From: Bacteroidia bacterium
GTDB lineage: Bacteria; Bacteroidota; Bacteroidia; Flavobacteriales; Flavobacteriaceae
NCBI GenBank assembly: GCA_030427585.1
Contig: JAUIBW010000008.1
Coordinates: forward strand, 5,831 to 69,830
DNA length: 64,000 bases
Direction: 5' to 3'
Made by a program: the position numbers and the translations under genes. Shown piece after piece: positions 7,359-15,829 of this stretch; the stretch's first letter is position 1, and the number at the start of each line of letters is the position of its first letter. A model generated the notes under the pieces. That model ran no database searches. It was given only the letters and a program-made list of their open reading frames with translations, and had not been told where the DNA came from.

Positions 7359-8270
7359 ATGGTAGACATCACTCATAAAACATCTACATTAAGAATTGCA
7401 ACAGCTCAAGCAATTGTAAAGGTTAGTAAACCCGAAACTATAGCAGCTATAGAACAAGGAACTGTCCCAAAAGGAGACGTATTTGCTATGAGTAAAGCTG
7501 CAGGGTTACTTGGTGTAAAAAAGACTCCGGATTTACTTCCGGATTGTCATCCATTACCTATTGAGTATACCGGAATTGAATATACCATTGAAGGATTAGA
7601 AATTACAGTTTTGGTTACTATAAAAACAATTTACAAAACTGGTGTAGAGGTAGAAGCTATGCATGGAGCAAGTGTTGTAGCTCTAAATATGTATGATATG
7701 CTAAAACCAATTGATAAAGGTGTCGAGATTCATCATATCAAATTGATCAATAAAAAAGGAGGGAAATCTGATTATAAAGATAAATTTAGAAGAGATCTTA
7801 AAGCTGCTGTTATTGTTTGTTCTGATACTATTTCTGAAGGAAAGAAAGAAGACAAAGCTGGTAAAGCGATCATCGCAAAATTAGAACAATGCGAAGTTGA
7901 CATCTTAGCATATGTAATCATCCCCGATGAAGCTAAAATTATACAGGAAAAAGCAAAAAAATATCAACAACAAGGAGCAGATCTTATTATTTATACCGGG
8001 GGTACAGGTCTCTCTAAACGAGATGTTACCCCAGATGCTTTACGACCGCTTTTAGATCGAACCATTCCCGGTATCGAAGAGGCTGTACGTAAATATGGGC
8101 AAGATCGCATGCCCTACTCTATGTTATCCAGAAGTGTAGCAGGAACGATTAAAAATACTCTGGTATTAGCATTACCAGGCTCTACTAATGGAGCAAGAGA
8201 GTCTATGGATGCTATTTTTCCTGAAGTATTGCATGTGTTTAAAATTTTAAAAGGAGCGAGACATGACTAA
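7359..8270 (+). CDS. moaC: bifunctional MoaC (cyclic pyranopterin monophosphate synthase) / MoaB-Mog-like protein
   Basis: N-terminal MVDITHK..T.R.A.A...V, PDCHPLP, EVEAMHGASVVALNMYDM (MoaC). C-terminal AAVIVCSDTIS.G...DKAG, TGGTGLSKRDVTPDA, LPGS (MoaB/Mog fold). Confidence 0.88.
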   Translation: MVDITHKTSTLRIATAQAIVKVSKPETIAAIEQGTVPKGDVFAMSKAAGLLGVKKTPDLLPDCHPLPIEYTGIEYTIEGLEITVLVTIKTIYKTGVEVEAMHGASVVALNMYDMLKPIDKGVEIHHIKLINKKGGKSDYKDKFRRDLKAAVIVCSDTISEGKKEDKAGKAIIAKLEQCEVDILAYVIIPDEAKIIQEKAKKYQQQGADLIIYTGGTGLSKRDVTPDALRPLLDRTIPGIEEAVRKYGQDRMPYSMLSRSVAGTIKNTLVLALPGSTNGARESMDAIFPEVLHVFKILKGARHD

Positions 8271-9267
8271 GTCAAACATACTTACAGATACCTTTGGCAG
8301 AAAGCACAATTACCTGCGTATTTCGCTTACAGAGCGGTGTAATCTTCGGTGTACCTATTGCATGCCTGCAGATGGGATTCAATTATCCCCAAAAGATCAT
8401 CTTATGACCTATGAGGAAATTTATACCATCGCCAAAGAATTTGTAAGTATGGGAGTTACCAAAATTCGATTAACAGGAGGAGAGCCTTTGATTCGCAAAG
8501 ATGCTGCTCTTATTATGGAAAAACTCTCCTCACTTCCTGTTCAATTAACGCTAACTACCAATGGCGTGATCGTAGATAAATTTATAGATCACTTCAAAAA
8601 ATGTGGTATTAAAACCCTTAATGTTAGCCTGGACTCTCTACATCTTCAAAAAAATAAAGAAATTACCCGTAGATCATATTTCGAAAAAGTATATCAGAAT
8701 ATCATTTTATTGGTTAAAGAAGGTTTTGTGGTAAAAGTGAATTGTGTTTTGATGAAAGGTTTTAATGATGATGAAGTTATTGATTTTATTAACTTGAGTA
8801 AAAACCTACCTGTGCATGTTCGATTTATCGAGTTTATGCCTTTTGATGGAAATCAATGGAATATGGAGAGACTGGTTTCTTTACAAGAGATTCTTTCTAA
8901 AGTACATTCTAATTTTGAAAAGAATGCTATTGTAAAACTTCAAGATGCCCCTAATGACACTACAAAAAGTTATCAAATAAAAGGGTATCAAGGTACTTTT
9001 GCTATTATAAGTTCTGTAACCAATCCATTTTGTGATGGTTGTAACAGAATACGTCTAACTGCAAACGGGCAGATAAAAAATTGTTTATTCTCTTCAAAAG
9101 AATCAGATCTTTTAACTACGCTAAGAGCAGGAAAATCAATAATCCCTATCATCCAAAAGGCAGTGCAAACCAAATTAAAAGTACGCAGTGGGATGAATAC
9201 ATTGGATAAATTTAGCCAATCAGATATACATTCTAATAATCGTAGTATGATTGCTATTGGTGGTTAA
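8263..9267 (+). CDS. moaA: GTP 3',8-cyclase MoaA (radical SAM)
   Basis: YLRISLTERCNLRCTYCMP (CxxxCxxC), TGGEPL, C-terminal CDGCNRIRLTANG; 8-nt overlap with moaC. Confidence 0.92.
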   Translation: MTKSNILTDTFGRKHNYLRISLTERCNLRCTYCMPADGIQLSPKDHLMTYEEIYTIAKEFVSMGVTKIRLTGGEPLIRKDAALIMEKLSSLPVQLTLTTNGVIVDKFIDHFKKCGIKTLNVSLDSLHLQKNKEITRRSYFEKVYQNIILLVKEGFVVKVNCVLMKGFNDDEVIDFINLSKNLPVHVRFIEFMPFDGNQWNMERLVSLQEILSKVHSNFEKNAIVKLQDAPNDTTKSYQIKGYQGTFAIISSVTNPFCDGCNRIRLTANGQIKNCLFSSKESDLLTTLRAGKSIIPIIQKAVQTKLKVRSGMNTLDKFSQSDIHSNNRSMIAIGG

Positions 9268-9300
9268 TCCATTCTGATTAAAGATAATAGACCAACATCA

Positions 9301-9312
9301 TGACGAATGTCA
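9301..9312 (+). promoter_or_regulatory. FixK/FNR-like box TGACGAATGTCA upstream of the usp-cls-patatin unit
   Basis: Palindrome of the TGAY-N4-RTCA class. TATTTTTA (9336-9343) follows exactly 23 nt downstream. Confidence 0.6.
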
Positions 9313-9363
9313 TAGTTCCTCTATGCTTTCTAATCTATTTTTAGAACTATAAACCTTTTACAC

Positions 9364-9506
9364 ATGAAACGAATATTAAGAAAATTAAAAATTTCTTCAC
9401 AAAAGAAGATATTTAAATTTTCTTAATGTGAGAACGGAGTGGTTGCATACGTTCTCAATTTTATAATTAATGTATTATCAAGTAATTACTAAAATTTAAA
9501 CGTATG
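9364..9506 (+). promoter_or_regulatory. conserved structured 5' leader, copy A (shared with trxA leader 54180-54295)
   Basis: About 88 percent identity over the last 87 nt up to and including the start codon. Conserved hairpin GAGAACG-loop-CGTTCTC, with substitutions only in the loop. Confidence 0.6.
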
Positions 9507-10343
9507 AAAAATATCCTTCTTCCTACCGACTTTTCAGACAATGCCAGAAACGCCATACACTATGCTTTAGAGTTTTTTAAAAATGAACTCTGTACTTTTC
9601 ACCTCTTTAATGTACAAAAAGCATCTAAGTATACCACAGATGATCTTATGGCTGCTCCTGCTAATACTACAATCCACCAATCGGTAATTAGCGACGCCAA
9701 AAAGAAACTTAATCAAATGGTCAAAGAATTAACCGACCAATATCCAGACGAAAACTATACATTTAATACCATTACTGATTATGATGTCTTTATAGATGCT
9801 ATACGACAAGCGGTTAAATCTAAAAATATCGATCTTATCATTATGGGAACAAATGGTGCTACAGGAGCATCAGAGGTTGTGTTTGGTAGTAATACACTTA
9901 ATGTTATTCGCAAAATAGATTGTCCTATAATTGCCATTCCCCAAGGATATAAATTTAAAGATCCAAAAATCATTTTGTATGCCATTGATTACTGGGATCA
10001 TTTTAATACAGAAGGTATCGAACCTTTAATGGATACTATCATAAAACATAAATCTTCTTTGCGGATCCTTAAAATCAAAGAAGATGATACTATCACTGTA
10101 GCCGATTTTGATGACAAAAAACATATGAAGGAGTTTTTTAAAGAAATAAATCATACCTTTCATTCTATTATCAATGTACCAACTGCTTTAGCTATAAATA
10201 GTTTTGTACAAATCATGGATATTGATATGACAGCTATGTTTATTAAAAGAGAAACATTTTTAGATCGATTTTTTAAGGGATCTGAAACTTCTAAAATAAG
10301 TTATGAAACAAGAGTGCCTCTTTTGATTATGCATAGCCAATAA
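9504..10343 (+). CDS. universal stress protein, tandem Usp domains
   Basis: ILLPTDFSDNARNAIHYAL, IIMGTNGATGASEVVFGSNT, second Usp half at the C-terminus. Confidence 0.85.
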   Translation: MKNILLPTDFSDNARNAIHYALEFFKNELCTFHLFNVQKASKYTTDDLMAAPANTTIHQSVISDAKKKLNQMVKELTDQYPDENYTFNTITDYDVFIDAIRQAVKSKNIDLIIMGTNGATGASEVVFGSNTLNVIRKIDCPIIAIPQGYKFKDPKIILYAIDYWDHFNTEGIEPLMDTIIKHKSSLRILKIKEDDTITVADFDDKKHMKEFFKEINHTFHSIINVPTALAINSFVQIMDIDMTAMFIKRETFLDRFFKGSETSKISYETRVPLLIMHSQ

Positions 10344-10366
10344 ACCTTAAAAACTGATACAATAAA

Positions 10367-11788
10367 ATGTTATTATATATTGCTACTGCGCTTTATATCC
10401 TACTGGGAATTTTTATTGTTATACGATTGCTCTTAAATGGAATGCGGCCTACAAAAACACTGGCTTGGCTTCTTACTATTTTTACGATTCCTGTTGGCGG
10501 CATCTTTTTGTATTTAATGCTTGGTAGAAATCGTAGAAAAAATAAATTATTCCGATTAAAACATACACCAAAAGTAACCTCATATATTACAAAAGCACTG
10601 GGTCAATATTCTCCAATAACAAAAGAAGAATATGCAGAACATCACAAAATCATTTCTCTAATTACCAAAAACTCCTACTTTGCCCCCTGCACTGGAAATG
10701 ACATAAAATTGCTTAAAAATGGTAAAGCCACTTTTCAAGCTATATTTGACGCTTTAGAGAGTGCAGAGCATTTTATTCATTTAGAATATTACATTTTTGA
10801 AGAAGGTAAATTAACATCTGATCTTTTCGATCTTTTTCAGAAAAAAGTAAAAAACGGAGTAACAGTACGTGTATTATATGATGGCATAGGTAGTATGTCT
10901 TTGAGTAAAAAGTATATCAAAAAACTACAATACATCGGAGTCGAAATCCATAAATTCTTACCTATAAAATTTGGTAAATTTTTATCATCGATAAACTATA
11001 GAAACCATCGTAAGATCATAGTAATAGATGATAAGATTGCATTTACAGGAGGTATCAACGTGTCTGATAAATATGTAAAAGGTGATGCCAACCTAGGAAT
11101 TTGGCATGATATGCATTTACAGCTCAATGGTCCCATTGTTCATAGCCTTCAGGCCATTTTTGCAATGGATTGGTACATGATAAGTGCTAATGATGAAGTC
11201 TTGGATACTTCATATTTTCATACCTATAAAAAAACAGAAGGTTCTACAGCTCAAATCGTACATAGTGGCCCAGATTCTGATTTTTCGGCAACCCAACAGA
11301 TGTATTTTTCTATTATTAATGAAGCCAAAGATTATATCTATATCACAAACCCCTATATTATCCCTGGTGAATCTATTCTCGACGCTTTAAAAGTAGCTTC
11401 AATGAGTGGAATTGATGTAAGAGTACTGCTTTCAGAAAAATCGGATAACGTTATCGTCAAATGGTGTATTCGTTCTTATTTTGAAGATCTGCTACAGGCC
11501 GGAGTAAAAATTTACCTATTCTCTGAAGGTTTTATACACAGTAAAACCATTGTAGCCGATGATACCATATCATCTGTAGGAACAACTAATCTAGATGTTA
11601 GAAGTTTTGAACAAAACTATGAAGTAAATGCAGTAATCTACGACGATAATTTTGCTATAGAATTAAGAGATGATTTTTTGAGAGATATTAAAAATAGTAA
11701 GCAATTAGATTTTAACACTTTTATACAACGCCCTTGGAGTGAAAAATTAAAAGAAGGTTTTGCTAAAATCTTTAGTCCGGTTTTGTAA
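10367..11788 (+). CDS. cls: cardiolipin synthase
   Basis: Two N-terminal TM helices and two HKD motifs (HRKIIVIDD, HSKTIVADD); 473 aa. Confidence 0.88.
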   Translation: MLLYIATALYILLGIFIVIRLLLNGMRPTKTLAWLLTIFTIPVGGIFLYLMLGRNRRKNKLFRLKHTPKVTSYITKALGQYSPITKEEYAEHHKIISLITKNSYFAPCTGNDIKLLKNGKATFQAIFDALESAEHFIHLEYYIFEEGKLTSDLFDLFQKKVKNGVTVRVLYDGIGSMSLSKKYIKKLQYIGVEIHKFLPIKFGKFLSSINYRNHRKIIVIDDKIAFTGGINVSDKYVKGDANLGIWHDMHLQLNGPIVHSLQAIFAMDWYMISANDEVLDTSYFHTYKKTEGSTAQIVHSGPDSDFSATQQMYFSIINEAKDYIYITNPYIIPGESILDALKVASMSGIDVRVLLSEKSDNVIVKWCIRSYFEDLLQAGVKIYLFSEGFIHSKTIVADDTISSVGTTNLDVRSFEQNYEVNAVIYDDNFAIELRDDFLRDIKNSKQLDFNTFIQRPWSEKLKEGFAKIFSPVL

Positions 11789-11793
11789 ATTTA

Positions 11794-12582
11794 TTGATGA
11801 AAATGAAAGCATTTAAAAACATAGGGATAGTACTTTCTGGCGGAGGGTTTAAAGGTGTTGCGCACATAGGAGTTATACACGCCCTTGAGGAAGCTGGAAT
11901 AACTGTTAATTTCATTTCGGGTGCTAGTGCAGGAGCCATAGTAGGGTCACTATATGCAGGTGGTTACTCTACAGAGGAAATAAAAAATTTCTTTGCCAAA
12001 ACCCCTTTGTTCAAATTAAATCGGTTCTCTCGAAAAAAAGCTGGTTTTTTAGATTCTGAAAAATTTTATAACGACCTGCTTACTTATTTTCCCGAAAACT
12101 CCTTTGAATCCTTACATAAACAATTATTTGTTACAGCAACCAATCTTATAGAGGGAACAACAAAAGTATTTAACACAGGAGAATTGATAAAACCTTTGTT
12201 GGCATCTGCTGCATTCCCTGGTGTTTTTACTCCGGTAACTATCAATAATGAATTATATGCAGATGGTGGAATTTTGGATAATTTCCCGGTATCACCGCTC
12301 AAAAAACATTGTGATCTAATTATTGGTGTAGATGTGTCCCCAATTAGGAAACCAAAAATTTCTGATTTTAAGCATTCATACAATGTTATGCAGCGGGCCT
12401 ACTATCTTAGAGCCATGCCAAATGCCGAAGTTAAGTTTAACCTCTGCGATATTATAATTCAACCAAAAAAATTGGTTAATCATGGTCTTTTTAGCAGTAG
12501 TAGCTTAGATAAAATATATAATCTTGGGTATCAGGAAGCAAAATTACAATTAGGATTATTCCTAAAAAATCAAGAAGGATGA
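11794..12582 (+). CDS. patatin-like phospholipase
   Basis: GIVLSGGGFKGVAHIGV (oxyanion hole), GASAGA (GxSxG), ADGG (catalytic Asp). Confidence 0.85.
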   Translation: MMKMKAFKNIGIVLSGGGFKGVAHIGVIHALEEAGITVNFISGASAGAIVGSLYAGGYSTEEIKNFFAKTPLFKLNRFSRKKAGFLDSEKFYNDLLTYFPENSFESLHKQLFVTATNLIEGTTKVFNTGELIKPLLASAAFPGVFTPVTINNELYADGGILDNFPVSPLKKHCDLIIGVDVSPIRKPKISDFKHSYNVMQRAYYLRAMPNAEVKFNLCDIIIQPKKLVNHGLFSSSSLDKIYNLGYQEAKLQLGLFLKNQEG

Positions 12583-13211
12583 TTAAAGAAATAAAAAATA
12601 AATACAGTCACCTTTTTGAAGACGAATTGCTCGAAGAAATTAATCAGGTAGGAACTTTTAAAGAAATCCCCGAAGGCTTTGAGCTTATCAAACCCGGAAG
12701 CTATATTAAGTTTATGCCTTTGATCATTAGCGGTGCTATTAAAGTGCTTAGAGGAGATCATGATGGTGACGAATTATTGCTATATTTTTTAGAACAAGGA
12801 GATACCTGTGCTATGACATTATCTTGTTGCCTGAGACATCATAAAAGTGAAATTAAAGCTATTGCTGAGACTGATACCAAATTAGTAATGATTCCTATCG
12901 AAAAAATGGAAGAATGGACATCAAAATACAAATCCTGGAGAAACTTTGTTTTTAGCAGCTATCATAAACGATTAGTAGAAACCATTGAAACCATCGACAG
13001 TATTGCTTTTCTAAATATGGATGATCGTTTATTAAAGTACCTTAAGGAAAAGACCAAAATCAGTCATACCAAAATTATCAATACTACACATCAGCAAATT
13101 GCATATGATCTTCATACGTCTAGAGTAGTAATCTCGAGATTGCTTAAAAAACTTGAAAAAAAAGGTATTGTTAAACTTAATAGAAACAATATTGAAGTAT
13201 TAGAAATGTAA
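12579..13211 (+). CDS. Crp/Fnr-family transcriptional regulator (no N-terminal Cys cluster)
   Basis: cNMP-binding-like barrel (G..I.F.PLIISGAIKV....DG.E..LYFLEQGD.CA) plus C-terminal HTH THQQIAYDLHTSRVVISRLLKKLEKKGIV. Confidence 0.85.
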   Translation: MIKEIKNKYSHLFEDELLEEINQVGTFKEIPEGFELIKPGSYIKFMPLIISGAIKVLRGDHDGDELLLYFLEQGDTCAMTLSCCLRHHKSEIKAIAETDTKLVMIPIEKMEEWTSKYKSWRNFVFSSYHKRLVETIETIDSIAFLNMDDRLLKYLKEKTKISHTKIINTTHQQIAYDLHTSRVVISRLLKKLEKKGIVKLNRNNIEVLEM

Positions 13212-13253
13212 ACTGTAGGTTTTCTTAGTAAAGAATACCTTTTAAACAAGCTT

Positions 13254-13269
13254 TGTAACAATTGTTACT
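13254..13269 (+). promoter_or_regulatory. palindrome TGTAACAATTGTTACT (GTAAC-N4-GTTAC class) upstream of the persulfide dioxygenase gene
   Basis: Perfect 14-bp inverted repeat. The 12-bp core ends 23 nt before TATTTTTG (13291-13298). Confidence 0.6.
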
Positions 13270-13273
13270 GTAT

Positions 13274-13289
13274 TGCAATAATAATTGCA
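13274..13289 (+). promoter_or_regulatory. second palindrome TGCAAT-AATA-ATTGCA between the activator-type site and the -7 box
   Basis: Perfect 6+4+6 inverted repeat ending directly next to the -7 box that starts at 13291. Confidence 0.4.
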
Positions 13290-13364
13290 TTATTTTTGAA
13301 AAATAAATAATAAATACATAGCTTCTCTTCCTAAAATCAAGAAAAGCTTAAAAAAATAGAATAC

Positions 13365-14777
13365 ATGAAGATAGAACAAATATATACAGGATGCCTCGCT
13401 CAGGGAGCTTATTATATAGAAAGTAAAGGTGAAGTAGCAATTATAGATCCTCTACGAGAAATAAAATCATATACAGAAAAAGCAGATGAAGATAACGCAA
13501 AAATCAAATATATTTTTGAAACTCATTTTCATGCAGATTTTGTAAGTGGTCATGTAACACTGGCTAAAGAAACCGGTGCTGATATCATTTTTGGCCCTAG
13601 TGCTAATCCTTCTTTTGAAGCAACGATTGCCAAAGATGGGCAAGAGTTTCAATTAGGAGAAATTACCATAATTGCACTACATACTCCAGGACATACTATG
13701 GAGAGTACCACTTATCTGCTTAAAGATGCTACAGGTAAAGATCATGCCATTTTTAGTGGTGACACCTTATTTTTGGGTGATGTTGGTCGCCCAGATCTTG
13801 CTCAAAAAGCTGCGCATATGACTCAGGAAGAATTGGCAGCAACGCTTTATGATAGTTTACGTACCAAAATCATGCCTCTGGCAGACGATGTTATCGTATA
13901 TCCCGCACACGGTGCTGGTTCTGCCTGTGGTAAAAACATGATGAAAGAGACAGTAGATACTCTGGGAAATCAAAAGAAAATGAATTATGCACTTAGAGCA
14001 GATATGACTAAGGAAGAATTTGTAAAAGAAGTCACCGATGGGTTACTGCCTCCTCCTTTGTATTTCCCGCTTAATGTAAAAATGAATAAAGAAGGTTATA
14101 CCGATATAGACGAGGTAATTCAAAAAGGAGCAACACCGTTTTCTCCAAACGATTTTGAAGCTCTTGCCAATGAAACTGGAGCTGTAGTTCTAGATGTAAG
14201 ACATCAGACTGAATATGTAAAAGGACATATCCCCCGATCAATATTTATCGGTATCGATGGTGGATTTGCACCCTGGGTTGGAGCTTTAATCGCAGATGTA
14301 CAACAACCTATTTTATTAGTAACACCAGAAGGAAGAGTAGAAGAAACAATTACCCGGTTATCACGAGTAGGGTTTGATAATACCCTGGGATACCTCGAAG
14401 GTGGTTTCGAAGCCTGGAAAAAAGCAAGTAAAGACTATGACACTTTAACTTCAATCTCTGCATTAGAATTTAAAAATACTATGGCAAATGAGGATATTCC
14501 TGTTTTTGATGTACGTAAAGAAAGTGAATTTATAGCAGAACATATCGATGATGCACATAATACACCATTGGATTTTATTAATGATTATTTAGCTGAATTC
14601 CCCGATGACAAAACTTTCTATGTACATTGCGCAGGAGGATATCGCTCGGTAATTGCAGCTTCTATACTAAAAAGTCGTGGTATTCATAACCTAATAGATA
14701 TAGCCGGAGGTTTTAAGGATATAAAAGAAGTAGGGATTAAAACTACAGATTATGTGTGCCCTTCTACAATAAAATAA
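13365..14777 (+). CDS. MBL-fold persulfide dioxygenase fused to rhodanese domains
   Basis: THFHADFVSGH (HxHxDH), HTPGHT, then two rhodanese-like regions, the last with active-site HCAGGYRS. Confidence 0.8.
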   Translation: MKIEQIYTGCLAQGAYYIESKGEVAIIDPLREIKSYTEKADEDNAKIKYIFETHFHADFVSGHVTLAKETGADIIFGPSANPSFEATIAKDGQEFQLGEITIIALHTPGHTMESTTYLLKDATGKDHAIFSGDTLFLGDVGRPDLAQKAAHMTQEELAATLYDSLRTKIMPLADDVIVYPAHGAGSACGKNMMKETVDTLGNQKKMNYALRADMTKEEFVKEVTDGLLPPPLYFPLNVKMNKEGYTDIDEVIQKGATPFSPNDFEALANETGAVVLDVRHQTEYVKGHIPRSIFIGIDGGFAPWVGALIADVQQPILLVTPEGRVEETITRLSRVGFDNTLGYLEGGFEAWKKASKDYDTLTSISALEFKNTMANEDIPVFDVRKESEFIAEHIDDAHNTPLDFINDYLAEFPDDKTFYVHCAGGYRSVIAASILKSRGIHNLIDIAGGFKDIKEVGIKTTDYVCPSTIK

Positions 14778-14790
14778 AATATAACAGTTT

Positions 14791-14806
14791 TGTAACCCAA
14801 GTTACA
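14791..14806 (+). promoter_or_regulatory. palindrome TGTAACCCAAGTTACA upstream of the YeeE/YedE genes
   Basis: Perfect TGTAAC-N4-GTTACA. The core ends 23 nt before TTACTTTG (14828-14835). Confidence 0.6.
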
Positions 14807-14853
14807 GACAACTCGTTTTCAATTTAATTACTTTGCCTAAAAAATTAATATAA

Positions 14854-15411
14854 ATGAATTGGATTTATAATCCCTGGCCGTGGTATGTATCGGGACCACT
14901 AATCGCATTAGTATTATTTTTATTACTAATGGTTGGAAAAAGATTTGGTATGTCATCTAATCTAAGAACAATATGTACTATTTGTGGAGCAGGAAAAACA
15001 TCAGATTTTTTTAGATTCGACTGGAAGGCTCAACAGTGGAACCTTATTGTGGTACTTGGTGTCATTATAGGAGGGTTCATTGCTAATACTTTTTTATCGG
15101 TAGACAATTCTGTATCTATTAATCCAAAGGTTGTTTCTGACCTTCAATCCAAGGGGTTTAATAGTACCGGGATGGAATACATGCCAGATAGATTATTTTC
15201 TAATGAAGCCCTAACAGATCCTAAAACACTCTTTTTACTCATAATCGGTGGACTATTTGTAGGGTTTGGAGCTAGATATGCCGGCGGGTGTACTTCGGGG
15301 CATGCTATCTCTGGATTAAGCAATCTGCAACTACCTTCTTTTATTGCTGTAATTGGATTTTTTATTGGCGGACTGACCATGATACACTTTATTTTTCCTT
15401 TAATTTTTTAA
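14854..15411 (+). CDS. YeeE/YedE family sulfur-compound transporter component
   Basis: Polytopic membrane protein with the GGCTSGH motif typical of YeeE/YedE. Confidence 0.75.
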   Translation: MNWIYNPWPWYVSGPLIALVLFLLLMVGKRFGMSSNLRTICTICGAGKTSDFFRFDWKAQQWNLIVVLGVIIGGFIANTFLSVDNSVSINPKVVSDLQSKGFNSTGMEYMPDRLFSNEALTDPKTLFLLIIGGLFVGFGARYAGGCTSGHAISGLSNLQLPSFIAVIGFFIGGLTMIHFIFPLIF

Positions 15412-15415
15412 ACAT

Positions 15416-15829
15416 ATGCGTTCAATTATATATTTAGGTATTGGTATTTTCTTCGGAATTATTTTATTCAAATCAGAAGCAGCATCGTGGTTTAGAATCT
15501 ATGAAATGTTTCAGTTCGGATCCTTTCATATGTACGGAATCATTGGTTCTGCAGTAGGGCTAGGCATTATTATTACTCAGGTTATAAAAAGATTTAAAAT
15601 AAAGTCGTTTTATGGTGATCCTATAATTTTTGCTCCTAAAGACAGAAGTTTCAAAAGATATATGTTTGGAGGTATCCTTTTTGGATTAGGATGGGCGCTT
15701 GCAGGTGCATGCCCCGGGCCTATGTTTGTTCTTTTGGGAGCTGGTTATGTACCAATTCTAATCGTACTTATCTCTTCTATACTGGGTACTTTATTATACG
15801 GAATAGTTAAAAACAAACTACCCCACTAA
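15416..15829 (+). CDS. YeeE/YedE family (DUF395-like) membrane protein
   Basis: 137-aa four-TM protein with LAGACPG; paired with the preceding gene. Confidence 0.7.
   Translation: MRSIIYLGIGIFFGIILFKSEAASWFRIYEMFQFGSFHMYGIIGSAVGLGIIITQVIKRFKIKSFYGDPIIFAPKDRSFKRYMFGGILFGLGWALAGACPGPMFVLLGAGYVPILIVLISSILGTLLYGIVKNKLPH

Noticed and set aside
2108-9300. Expected a Moco riboswitch upstream of moeA, the ModE-like gene or moaC/moaA
   Set aside because: I could not find the conserved Moco-motif segments (CUCCGAG..., GGAAAGG..., GCCUCCC-like) by eye. The leaders are short (about 20-60 nt after the TATCTTTG -7 boxes). This was not computationally tested.
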